From an uncultured Methanolobus sp. (GTDB taxonomy: Archaea; Halobacteriota; Methanosarcinia; Methanosarcinales; Methanosarcinaceae): 64,000 nucleotides of DNA. The translations under genes and the position numbers were made by a program. How positions within the stretch are numbered: the first letter of the stretch is position 1; the number at the start of each line of letters is the position of its first letter. Positions 42,122 to 51,585 of this stretch are shown here, piece by piece. The notes beneath the pieces are model-generated. The model saw only the letters and a list, made by a program, of their open reading frames with translations. It was not told the DNA's origin and ran no database searches. The stretch covers positions 128,001 to 192,000 of the forward strand of contig OY776215.1 of NCBI GenBank assembly GCA_963675495.1. The letters run 5' to 3'.

Positions 42122-44326
42122 TCAGTCATCGTCGCCGCTGAAACGGGCAGATTCGTGGCAGTTGCCGCACGAGTTGGGCATTATGTCCGCATCCCGTGTG
42201 GAAAAAGGCACTAGTGCAGAGCTCTGGCCTGGCCACACCACATCGAACACATGGGATCCCGCGTTGCCCTCAGCCACAGCACTTTTACCGTCCGCATCGA
42301 GAGCCAGATGCCACTGGGCATCGTCATTCACGTCCTGAAGTTTGCCGATCTTCGGCATGTGGCACGAGGTGCACCTGCCTATTGGTAAGTTCTCATCGGT
42401 CGGGGTATAGGGGGCAACACCCATGCTTGCTTTCTCTTCCATGTGCTCGGCAACCGCACGAGCCACAGTGTCAAGAGCCATGAACCCATCTTCTCTGGTC
42501 ATATTGAGCAAGTCTTCTTTTGCAATATCTTCAAATGGCTCGTGGCTCGCATGGCAGGCCAGACACAGCATGTTGTCGTTATAGGCAGCTTCCTCGAACT
42601 TGACATCATCCACCTCAAGGTCTGGAGCACCCAGGGTGTGAGCGTCGTGGCAGGTAAAGCAGGTAAGCTTTTCGAACGGGTTGTCGTAGTGAACCGAGCG
42701 ACGCATCTCAGAAAGCATTTGGGAGTGCGACCTGGCGTGGGTCTGGTCGGGCCAGCTGTGGAATGTGCCCTCTTTCCAGATTCCGGAATAATCCTGCAGA
42801 CCGGAAGTGGGTTGATCATAATTGAAGTAGAAGTCTTCGATTTCGTACACGCCGGGCACGAAGAAACCATAGCCCAATGAGCTTTCGTAGTTGCCGTTAT
42901 AGGGGTATTTGTGAATACCTTCGGGGGTAGCACTTTTGCCCGCATGGGATCCGTGACACTGGCCACACAGCTCATTGCCTGCCTTGACCGTTAGATATTC
43001 GGGTAAGATAATCTTGGTTTTATCCCCGTTCTCCGCGTGATCCGAGCCGGGGCCGTGGCAGCTTTCGCACGTTATGTCGAGATCTTTGAACTCGAAGTTC
43101 GTGGCAACCTGTTTAGCATCGCCCGGTTCGTGGGCGTCGTCAAAATCTTGCTTCTCGATCTTTGCACCTGTGGCGTGGCATCCAGCACAGTTACGTGACA
43201 TGGTGTTTGCAGGGTAAGCCCAGTGTCCGGGGCTCTTCTGCCAGAACTTGGGTGCAGGCACATCGTTGGGACCCAGAGCGTCGCTATCCACAGGGGTGCC
43301 GTCCTGCATGAGGTACACGGGCATATAGGCTATGTAGTCTGTGTAGTCATCCTCAAGCCAGTTGGTCACATTGTTATCTTTGGCCCACTGGCGAACCCAA
43401 GGCACATCCTGCATCCTGCACATGTAACGTTGCTTGCCTTCGCCGAAGTTAGGGTGGGAGTCGTTTTGTTCATGATTGGGATCTGCCCATCCCTCGCCCC
43501 AGTTCCCCTGTCCTCCAATGGTGGCTGCCACAGGGATGAAAATGGGATTCTCCTCAGGATCGTACGTTCCGGTATCCTGTTCATCCTTCCAGGCGAAAAT
43601 GTCCCCGTCAGGCCCCGAGCAGTCGAGTTCGTTCTCGGTCAACTTCGTATCGCTTTCCGGATAGAATTTGAAGAGATACTCTTGCTCTCCTTCTTTATCC
43701 CGGGTGCAAAGGACCACGTTAACGAGACCTTCGCCATCCTGGGGGTCCTGCACCATTAGAAGGTCGCCATTGGGATCTCGGGGCAGCACTTTGTCACCGG
43801 GTTCGGGCCACATGTCAGGATAGACCATCTGATTGGTACCCTGAACCACGAAACGCGAATGTGCTGCTGCATCCCCGGTGCCATCATAAGTTTCGAACAG
43901 GTCGGACCAAGCTTTGCCGTGGCACATCTGGCATGTCGCCATGCCAACGTAGGTCGACTGGTTGCTCGGCCTGCCCGAAAGAGTAATCATGACATCAGAA
44001 ACCGTCGAACCTGATTCGACAGGGATCGACTTAAGAGTTTCACCGTCCAGGTACACTTCCGATGGTGAAGTTACGTAAAGATATACTGAGCCGGGTTCGA
44101 CGTTGGTAAGTTTGAAAGATCCATCAGACTTCGTAGTATCGGTGGCTGTTTGTCCCACCACCTGTACGATGGCATTTGATACAGGATTCATTTTGACATC
44201 CAGGATCTTCCCCTGAACCGTTTCGACATCTGGATCATTAGTTTCTGGCTTCTGTGAGACACACCCCGCTATAACGATTACTATTAATGAAAATAATACT
44301 AACAGTCCTATTTTACTCATTTTCAT
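42122..44326 (-). CDS. Octaheme c-type cytochrome lipoprotein with N-terminal carboxypeptidase-regulatory-like domain
   Basis: 8 CxxCH motifs (CQMCH, CAGCH, CESCH, CGQCH, CFTCH, CLACH, CTSCH, CGNCH); lipobox VIAGC; GGGGTGG RBS before ATG at 44326. Confidence 0.92.
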   Translation of the reverse strand: MKMSKIGLLVLFSLIVIVIAGCVSQKPETNDPDVETVQGKILDVKMNPVSNAIVQVVGQTATDTTKSDGSFKLTNVEPGSVYLYVTSPSEVYLDGETLKSIPVESGSTVSDVMITLSGRPSNQSTYVGMATCQMCHGKAWSDLFETYDGTGDAAAHSRFVVQGTNQMVYPDMWPEPGDKVLPRDPNGDLLMVQDPQDGEGLVNVVLCTRDKEGEQEYLFKFYPESDTKLTENELDCSGPDGDIFAWKDEQDTGTYDPEENPIFIPVAATIGGQGNWGEGWADPNHEQNDSHPNFGEGKQRYMCRMQDVPWVRQWAKDNNVTNWLEDDYTDYIAYMPVYLMQDGTPVDSDALGPNDVPAPKFWQKSPGHWAYPANTMSRNCAGCHATGAKIEKQDFDDAHEPGDAKQVATNFEFKDLDITCESCHGPGSDHAENGDKTKIILPEYLTVKAGNELCGQCHGSHAGKSATPEGIHKYPYNGNYESSLGYGFFVPGVYEIEDFYFNYDQPTSGLQDYSGIWKEGTFHSWPDQTHARSHSQMLSEMRRSVHYDNPFEKLTCFTCHDAHTLGAPDLEVDDVKFEEAAYNDNMLCLACHASHEPFEDIAKEDLLNMTREDGFMALDTVARAVAEHMEEKASMGVAPYTPTDENLPIGRCTSCHMPKIGKLQDVNDDAQWHLALDADGKSAVAEGNAGSHVFDVVWPGQSSALVPFSTRDADIMPNSCGNCHESARFSGDDD

Positions 44327-44656
44327 TCTTTTTCCACCCCTTCTTTTCCGGTAACTATTCACCCACTCGTTAACGGCGTTAATCATGTAAAAATTGACTA
44401 CAATAAGTTATAATATTAGCGCCTCCTTCAACAAGGTCTAAATCATCGGGTGTTTTTTTCACCGGAAAACAGTGAACTTTATCCTTCCCTCAATTACAAC
44501 AGGTTCTCTGTGCTTTCTCCTGCTCAAAGAGATGATAAAGCACTCTCTTCCTAGTTTTGTCATCCAACAGCTGCCCAATATAGAAAGAACCATGGAATGC
44601 AGAACTTAGCTCCATAAGCAATATTTAGACAACATTGCTATATATCAAAAGCAGGT

Positions 44657-45039
44657 GTGAAAAAAGCGGGCATAGCTGCAAAGGATAACTCAATTACCCT
44701 GAAAAAAATGGTACAATCTCTTATCCTCAGGGTAGTCTGTCAGGAGCAACTTCACGGTTATGGCATCATAAAAGCAATTGAGCACCTAAACGAGGGTAAA
44801 CACACCATCAAATCAGGCACCATGTATACCACCCTGCGCAGGATGGAAAAGGAAGGTCTGCTGGAATCCTTCTGGGGAGGAAGTGATACAGGACCTGACA
44901 AGCGCGTATGTAAGGTTACCATGGATGGAAGCATCTCAAGGAGTGGCTTGAGATGCTCGTGGAATGGAAAAGGATGATGGAAAAGATTATCTTATTCTAT
45001 GGTCAGGAATTCAGAGGTGATAACAGTGAAGATATTTGA
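44657..45039 (+). pseudogene. PadR family regulator, frameshifted
   Basis: LHGYGII..I...GTMYTTLRRMEKEGLL...GPDKR; helix KHLKEWLEML continues in another frame. Confidence 0.75.
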
Positions 45040-45194
45040 TGTAATAGATGAAATGAAAGGAAGGCAGCCTGCAGAGGGAACAAGATCGAACCTGCTATAC
45101 GAAGCAGGCGAGTTTAACTTAAGAAGGATAGAACTCTCTCCCCAAGATGAAATCCTCCCATGTAAGATGGCATATAATGTTGTTTTCAATAGTT
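45026..45194 (+). pseudogene. Cupin-like gene 5' fragment cut by the IS end
   Basis: MKIFDV...LLYEAGEFNLRRIELSP...PCKM..NVVF then repeat copy 2. Confidence 0.45.
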
Positions 45195-45417
45195 TTTCTA
45201 CAGAGCTCAATTTTTCCTATATTTTTAGAGATTATTAATTGATATTGTCTGTTATGCTCTTACAGCACTGAATTAATATTCCGGTCTTCATATTAAATTA
45301 ATTGTAAATGTAATTATTTAAGTACTATTTAAGTGTATCTAGGACTGATTTGCAACTAAATTTTCACACATTTGTAGCAAATAAACAAAAAGTTTGTACG
45401 TAGAATATATCTATATT
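45195..45417 (+). repeat. Dispersed repeat copy 2 (direct to copy 1)
   Basis: Same blocks as 41561-41795. Confidence 0.85.
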
Positions 45418-45535
45418 CCAAGTATCACATAGTGTCCATCATGTTACTTTTTTCTTAAAGATTCAATTTTTTGCTTTAACTTTTTATTGTTGGCTATTGG
45501 AACGGTTCCCCATTTATATCCGTGCTCCTCCTCTG

Positions 45536-45805
45536 TTATTCCATGTTTTTTGAGATATTCTTGAGCCCCAACTGATCGCTAACTCCCAGCTCCAACTCAG
45601 AACCAATATTACCAACAATGCCATTAACTACGCTAGTGGACCTGTCACGTACATCACCTGAGTTGGCAGCTATGTAATGATTGATGAACTTGCGAATATC
45701 ATCGTAATCCTGGAATTTCTTGCCGTGTATTCGCTGACGTAGTTTATCCTGCTTGTCCACGGCAGTGAAATTAGATCCCTTGAGAACTTGCACAGGCATA
45801 TTCAT
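45536..45805 (-). CDS. Hypothetical protein, possibly a fragment
   Basis: 89-aa ORF; RBS and ATG lie within a 19-bp tandem duplication at 45796-45833. Confidence 0.4.
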   Translation of the reverse strand: MNMPVQVLKGSNFTAVDKQDKLRQRIHGKKFQDYDDIRKFINHYIAANSGDVRDRSTSVVNGIVGNIGSELELGVSDQLGLKNISKNME

Positions 45806-45846
45806 CGTCCTTTCGCATATTCATCGTCCTTTCTTTTTACTTTTAA

Positions 45847-48231
45847 TTACTCCGTCCGCTCATCTTTAGTAATCATTAGCACTACATGAGAATTTCGTGG
45901 TACTTCTGTGTTAGCAAAGGGTGCTGTTTCTAAAACGTGACTTTCAGATCGCTTGTCGCTAGCTACAAGACTTGTCTCTACTCGTAAAGAGAACTCCTCT
46001 AATATTGCAGTGGCCTCATTCACATTTAAACCAGTAACATCAGGCACTGCGACAGGACCACTGGATACAATCAGGCTGATAGCCTCCTCTTTCTTTACTG
46101 TCGTACCTGGGTTGGGGAACTGGTTGAGTACTGTATCAAGCGGCTCCAAAGCATCTTTATACGTGACCTTATCGCTGATAACCAGCCGCGTTCTATCAAG
46201 TATTTTTTGTGCTTCTTCCAATGACATGCCTTCTACGTTTGGAACAATTATTCCCCCTGGCTCTACTTCCAAGCTTGGTCCATTGCCTATTAACTGAGTG
46301 CGTAAACGCATGGCTTCTACCTTTGTCAGACCCAGCCCTGAACAAAGCTGGTAGAGTTCGATACTAAGAGCTTCTTTGCGCGTTTTAGCGTCGAATAATG
46401 TGTCTAAACGTAACCTAATTTCTCGATCCAGTCCCTCTATTTGATCAAGAGAGAGATTATAAGAATCGTCGTTAGGCATTTGATTCAAAGCCTCCCTTAT
46501 TGGCTCCTGAACGAATGATGCTTCCTCGAGACCGACTTCTCCATAAGGTAAGCGGTCAGGTGAGGAAAGGCTCTCGATCATTTCATTACCAATTATTTCA
46601 ACAAGCTGATTTGCCGCTGCTACATGACTAAGATTAGTACCGGCTGGATTATCCATTTGCTCAGGTATGCCGATTTTGTTCTGCCATGTAAGGAAGTCCT
46701 GTTTATCTTTGGCTATATGTAAAGCTGAAGAAGTAGTACAATTTGTTGTGGTACGACCTGTAAGGAAAAGATCACCGGATTTTTTGTGTATAGTTTCGAA
46801 TATGATTTCTGCATTTTGTACTCCAACATTTTCATTATTACCTAATACTGCAGTAATCAATCCCATCAGATGACCTGGACTTTCTCTGATCCAATTACCA
46901 GTATCATCTAAATACCAGCATCTTCTGTCATTTGACTTACCAATACCAGGCATAAGAATTATTTGGTCATAATCTGGAAATGCACTGCTCAGATCACCTT
47001 TCTTATAGGCTTCTATTAATTTGGCCCGTTCATCCAGAGCAAGATCATTCCATCCTCTTCTAAGACATATTTGAATCTTATTCTTATTCTTCCTTTTCAA
47101 ATGGAAAATTGCATCATAACCGGTCTTTAGCGTATAGTTGCCTAAATCATCCCAGCGTCCATACACGATTTCTTCTAACCATTTGGCATGTTCGTTTTTA
47201 TCATCTTCATTTAATCCTAAAGCGAGTGTTGTCTTCTGAAGGTTACTGCTAACGTATAAATCACTTCTTGGTATAATCCGGGGCCAGAAAACTGTATCCA
47301 TTTCAAGATGCGCTGTTTCTAAGGTAGCTTCAACACAAATATGGGGTATATCTTTTGGGCGTTCGACAACCAAGAAAAATTCCTGAATACCTTCAAGTTT
47401 CCTTGGGCCATTAACAAATGTGTATTCGGAGTCCATTATATGAGGACGAGGAAGCACTAGAGACACAACACGATTCGTACCCAGATGGTAAGAATTGAGC
47501 AATGTGTACATGTGAGACAAATTTGTTGTGTACGAATAGTTCTCTCGTTTCTCACGCGAGTAATCGGCAGTAGTTTGATCAACGGTCTCGTGCCTTGTCC
47601 CTTTCTTGTAGCTGAGTTTAGCACCGACACCAGCTGTTTTTTCACTACCGTATTTGGCCCATGCTTCTGTGCCAAACTCTGAATATTCCAAATCGGTTGT
47701 GCCTTTTTTTGTGTTAATACCGGAACGTGATTGAGATAGAATTTGACTTCCCTCAGTTGAGGATTCGTACATCTCCCTTTTTTTTGGTTCAAAATCTAGT
47801 ATATATGGATATTTCTCAATAGGTGGAAGTGGTTCCTGAGTATCACCTGGGAATACTGCAACCTGGAGCATAGCACCGTAGCAAGGATAATATGCCCGCA
47901 CAGTCTGATTGAAATTTTGCCAAGGCTTCCATTTCCAGAGTGGTAATAGATCTTTAGGTTGCATATGAACTTCAACAAGGTTTCCCTCATTGTCGTAGCT
48001 ACCTTCATTTTGTAAACCTGTTATAGTACAGCTCACTTTTATGTAAGTAATGATACGATCATCGAACTTTTGTTCATCTTCAGTAGGCTCATAAAAAAAG
48101 ACCGCAAGCGAGGACCTCCACTTTGGAGGATATTTGCGATCCCCCGCTTTAGGGTCCATCATGTCTTTACTAGTTCCCAGTCTCTTCCATGGGATGTCAA
48201 CCGGCAAAGACATCAAATTTGAAGAAGTCAT
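45847..48231 (-). CDS. Large hypothetical protein with two C-terminal PASTA domains
   Basis: VPNVEGMSLEEAQKIL...VLNQFPNPGTTV...LIVSSG and VPDVTGLNVNEA..IL; GGGGG RBS. Confidence 0.85.
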   Translation of the reverse strand: MTSSNLMSLPVDIPWKRLGTSKDMMDPKAGDRKYPPKWRSSLAVFFYEPTEDEQKFDDRIITYIKVSCTITGLQNEGSYDNEGNLVEVHMQPKDLLPLWKWKPWQNFNQTVRAYYPCYGAMLQVAVFPGDTQEPLPPIEKYPYILDFEPKKREMYESSTEGSQILSQSRSGINTKKGTTDLEYSEFGTEAWAKYGSEKTAGVGAKLSYKKGTRHETVDQTTADYSREKRENYSYTTNLSHMYTLLNSYHLGTNRVVSLVLPRPHIMDSEYTFVNGPRKLEGIQEFFLVVERPKDIPHICVEATLETAHLEMDTVFWPRIIPRSDLYVSSNLQKTTLALGLNEDDKNEHAKWLEEIVYGRWDDLGNYTLKTGYDAIFHLKRKNKNKIQICLRRGWNDLALDERAKLIEAYKKGDLSSAFPDYDQIILMPGIGKSNDRRCWYLDDTGNWIRESPGHLMGLITAVLGNNENVGVQNAEIIFETIHKKSGDLFLTGRTTTNCTTSSALHIAKDKQDFLTWQNKIGIPEQMDNPAGTNLSHVAAANQLVEIIGNEMIESLSSPDRLPYGEVGLEEASFVQEPIREALNQMPNDDSYNLSLDQIEGLDREIRLRLDTLFDAKTRKEALSIELYQLCSGLGLTKVEAMRLRTQLIGNGPSLEVEPGGIIVPNVEGMSLEEAQKILDRTRLVISDKVTYKDALEPLDTVLNQFPNPGTTVKKEEAISLIVSSGPVAVPDVTGLNVNEATAILEEFSLRVETSLVASDKRSESHVLETAPFANTEVPRNSHVVLMITKDERTE

Positions 48232-48806
48232 TTTATTTACCCCCTACAGGTTCGATTTTATGAAATACATTATTCTCTATCGAAGTATGGTCTGCTACTT
48301 GTCCGGCGCTGTTGTGAACGCAATTGCTCATGTGGTTATCGCATTCATTAAAAGCTAAATCCATCAGAAAGCAAATCATTATATTATGTTCATTTCTCAT
48401 TTCTACTCCCCAGAAAAACCATTTATAAGTAATAAATAAAATTTTGTGCATCATTCAAAGTTAAAAATATCAAAGTTATTTCAATGCAAACAAACATCTT
48501 CGGTTTAATTTCAGTTTTTTTAAAACATTTAATTATATATTTCTCATTTGCAAAACATTTTGCGAAACAAAGCTAAGTAAAAGAAATACTAATTAAAAAA
48601 AGAAAGTATAGCACTAAGATGATTGCTATTCTAATCAAGGACAAATACCTGAACATTGTGCTTAATCAACTATTAGCAGTGTCAAGGACAAGAATTCATC
48701 TGGTCCACATAAGTCCATTTTGCCACAGAGACAAGAGGCGGAAAAAAAGTTAAGTTTAAATAAATTGAGAGATAAAGTGGTGAGCAAGGCACCACTTATT
48801 TTTTCT

Positions 48807-49442
48807 TTACTCGGTAAAGACAACGTTGACTTCTTTAACATCCCAGAGAGATTCTATCTTTTCAAGGACCTCTTCTTTGATATTTGTTGCAAACTGGTGG
48901 TTAGATGGCAGGTCAATAAGTATCCTTACAACACCATCATTGATCTCCATTTTAGTCACAAGTTCGGTCCTGACAATGTCAAGTCCGGCCATTGGGTTCA
49001 TTACATGCTTCAACCTGCTCCTGATAACATCTGGTGTAGTTGCTTCCTGTTCGGTTACAAGACCGTGCTTTTCCTCATAATCACGGATAGCAGCCCTCAG
49101 ACCTTCAACTGCCAGCACTGAGCAGTGTGCTTTAACAGGTGGTAGACCTCCAAGTTCTTCTGTGGCTTCCTGCCATGAGATCTTTTTTGCTTCTTCTATG
49201 GTCTTGCCCTTTGCAAGTTCTGTAATGATGGAAGCTGTGGCAATGTTGGAAGCACATCCATATGATTCGAATTTGATATCATCAATTACCAGTGTATCCG
49301 GGTTGACCTGCAAGTAAACAGCGACCATGTCCCCACATGCAGGACTTCCTTCAAGTCCTTTTCCATCTGGCTCTTCCATTTTCCCTACGTTACGGGGGTT
49401 CTTAAAGTGCTCAAGCACCTTCTCAGTATATGGGAATTTCAT
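48807..49442 (-). CDS. iscU: IscU/NifU scaffold fused to a DUF59/SufT-like domain
   Basis: HFKNPRN, ACGD, YGCAS, LPPVKAHCS plus C-terminal VMNP..GLDIV domain. Confidence 0.9.
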   Translation of the reverse strand: MKFPYTEKVLEHFKNPRNVGKMEEPDGKGLEGSPACGDMVAVYLQVNPDTLVIDDIKFESYGCASNIATASIITELAKGKTIEEAKKISWQEATEELGGLPPVKAHCSVLAVEGLRAAIRDYEEKHGLVTEQEATTPDVIRSRLKHVMNPMAGLDIVRTELVTKMEINDGVVRILIDLPSNHQFATNIKEEVLEKIESLWDVKEVNVVFTE

Positions 49443-49451
49443 CTTCTCACC

Positions 49452-50618
49452 TCATTTGTTAAACAGGGGACTGATTGCCCTTAGCTGGGTCACTACTTCT
49501 TTCATTGCATCTACAATAGCGTCTACATCTTCCTTGCTGTTGTATCGTCCGAATGTGAATCTGATTGAACCGTGTGCACGTTCGTGGTCACCACCAATAC
49601 CCAGTATCACGTGGCTTGCCTCAAGTGAACGGCTAAAGCAGGCTGATCCGGTACTCACTGCAAAACCTCTCATATCCAGATGTAGTGTCATTGATTCACC
49701 TTCAACATAGTGGAAAGTTATATTGGCATTTTGTGGGGTTCTTTGTGTTCTGTTTCCATTGAGTGTCACATGTGGGATCTCATCAAAGACCCTCTTAATT
49801 GTGTAGTCCCTCAGTGATTTGAGGAATTCAGTTTCTTCTGTGGTTACAAGTTCCACAGCTTTTGCAAAACCCACTGCACCAGGGATATTTTCAAGTCCTG
49901 CGCGGCGGTTTGTTTCCTGGAAACCTCCATCCATCCATTTCTCAAGCGGTGTGCCTTTGCGAACATACAACGCTCCGACACCTCTTGGGCCATGGATTGT
50001 GTGAGCTGACATGGTAATCAGGTCCACAGGTGTTTTTGATACATCTATTGGAACACGCACGTAACTGTGTGTGGCGTCAGTATGGAACAGTACATCCTTT
50101 TCCTTGCATATCTTTGCAATTGCATCAAGATCCTGAAGAGTGCCAATCTCCTGATTTGCATGCTGAATGGATACAAGGACAGTGTCATCACGTATCTTGC
50201 TCTTAAGTTCTTCAATATCTACAATTCCTTCTGCATCAACACTGATATAATCTACACTGTAACCCTTTTTCTCAAGGTTTTTCGCAGTGTTCAGGACAGA
50301 GAAATCTTCAATTTTAGACACTATGATGTGCTCTCCCTTCTTTTTCTTCAAAGCAGCTATGACGCCTTTGATAGCCATGTTACTTGACTCGGTCTCTCCA
50401 GATGTGAACACAATTTCCTCTGCTGAAGCACCCAGGGATGCTGCGATGGTTTCTCTGGCTTCCTCCAGTCCTTCTTTAGCTTCAATCCCCATCGAGTAAC
50501 CAAATTCGGATGTGGCCACCGCATAGGTGTCAAAGTAATAGGGTTTCATTGCATCCATTACTTTTTCATCTAATCGGGTACTGGCAGAATTATCAATATA
50601 TATCATTTTATCGAACAT
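49452..50618 (-). CDS. iscS: Cysteine desulfurase IscS/NifS-like
   Basis: YIDNSAST, FHTDATH, STGSAC; the usual PLP motif S-x-H-K reads SAHT. Confidence 0.88.
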   Translation of the reverse strand: MFDKMIYIDNSASTRLDEKVMDAMKPYYFDTYAVATSEFGYSMGIEAKEGLEEARETIAASLGASAEEIVFTSGETESSNMAIKGVIAALKKKKGEHIIVSKIEDFSVLNTAKNLEKKGYSVDYISVDAEGIVDIEELKSKIRDDTVLVSIQHANQEIGTLQDLDAIAKICKEKDVLFHTDATHSYVRVPIDVSKTPVDLITMSAHTIHGPRGVGALYVRKGTPLEKWMDGGFQETNRRAGLENIPGAVGFAKAVELVTTEETEFLKSLRDYTIKRVFDEIPHVTLNGNRTQRTPQNANITFHYVEGESMTLHLDMRGFAVSTGSACFSRSLEASHVILGIGGDHERAHGSIRFTFGRYNSKEDVDAIVDAMKEVVTQLRAISPLFNK

Positions 50619-50668
50619 CTATTTCTCCTCTGAAATTATTCCTACTTTCAAAAATGTAATTGATACTC

Positions 50669-51088
50669 TCATATGAAAAGTGTTATCTTAGCGTCTTTTG
50701 CTTCCATTATATAGGTGCCTACCGCTCCATATTCATCTATCCATTCCCGGTTTAGTTGTTCTGGTGCGATTCCCATGATCTCCATGGTCATCTCACAGGC
50801 AATGACCTTTCCGCCAAGTTCCTTGTAATCTTCCATCAGTTTGTCAAGTGAAACAACGTTGGCTTTTTTCATCCTGCTTTTGATCATCCATTTTCCAAGC
50901 CCAAGGAAATTCATCTTGGATAGAGGACCTTTATCGAGTCCGTTCTTCTTCAGACGTTCCAATCCCCAGAATGTAAAGAAAAGAGAAGCATCCATGCCCA
51001 TTGAAAGTGCACCGTTTGCAACTATCATGGCGCTGTATATTTTGTCAATATCCCCACTGTGAACTATTATTACGGCCTTTTCAGCCAT
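50669..51088 (-). CDS. DsrE/DsrF-like sulfur-transfer protein
   Basis: LFFTFWGL, IACEMTM, GAVGTY; start at MAEKAVII. Confidence 0.85.
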   Translation of the reverse strand: MAEKAVIIVHSGDIDKIYSAMIVANGALSMGMDASLFFTFWGLERLKKNGLDKGPLSKMNFLGLGKWMIKSRMKKANVVSLDKLMEDYKELGGKVIACEMTMEIMGIAPEQLNREWIDEYGAVGTYIMEAKDAKITLFI

Positions 51089-51098
51089 ATAATTCCCC

Positions 51099-51320
51099 CT
51101 AACGCTTGATACGTATTTTCCATTCATCGTTTTTATCTTCAACTTCCGTAACTTCAAGTCCCATTGCCTCACAGGCCATGGGTATCTCTTTTTTGGAAGC
51201 AGGATGGGTGCCAACTATGACAATTTCATCGCCAGGCGCAGCTTTTTTAATGGCTTTACGGCATTCCACAAGAGGGACTGGACAGGTTTGTCCTCTAACG
51301 TCAATATTCGTTTCAGTCAT
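51099..51320 (-). CDS. tusA: Sulfur carrier TusA
   Basis: DVRGQTCPVP motif. Confidence 0.92.
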   Translation of the reverse strand: MTETNIDVRGQTCPVPLVECRKAIKKAAPGDEIVIVGTHPASKKEIPMACEAMGLEVTEVEDKNDEWKIRIKR

Positions 51321-51585
51321 ATGATCTCCCCTTTTCTATATCTGTTACTGGATAACTTAAATGTTCCTAACAACCAATACTATGAATTTTTAGATATTTA
51401 ACAATTGTGAATCGAAATTTATTATTAATATATGAGTAAATATCGCATCTCATAACTTCGGGAATGATTGAATGAAACCGTATTCAAACGAACATTTTGT
51501 TTTCATTGTTATGAAATGCATTTTGTGATCGTAGTTCCCAGCTAAACTCAAATCATCTTGTGTAAAAAGTATCTATCATATGCTA

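Noticed and set aside
42196-43947. Many overlapping alternative ORFs in the cytochrome gene (also in ppsA, tex, ilvB)
   Set aside because: Shadow ORFs expected from codon bias and high G+C; no motifs.
45796-45833. 19-bp tandem duplication GCATATTCATCGTCCTTTC as a target-site duplication
   Set aside because: The copies are adjacent with no insert; simple slippage or an assembly artefact is sufficient.
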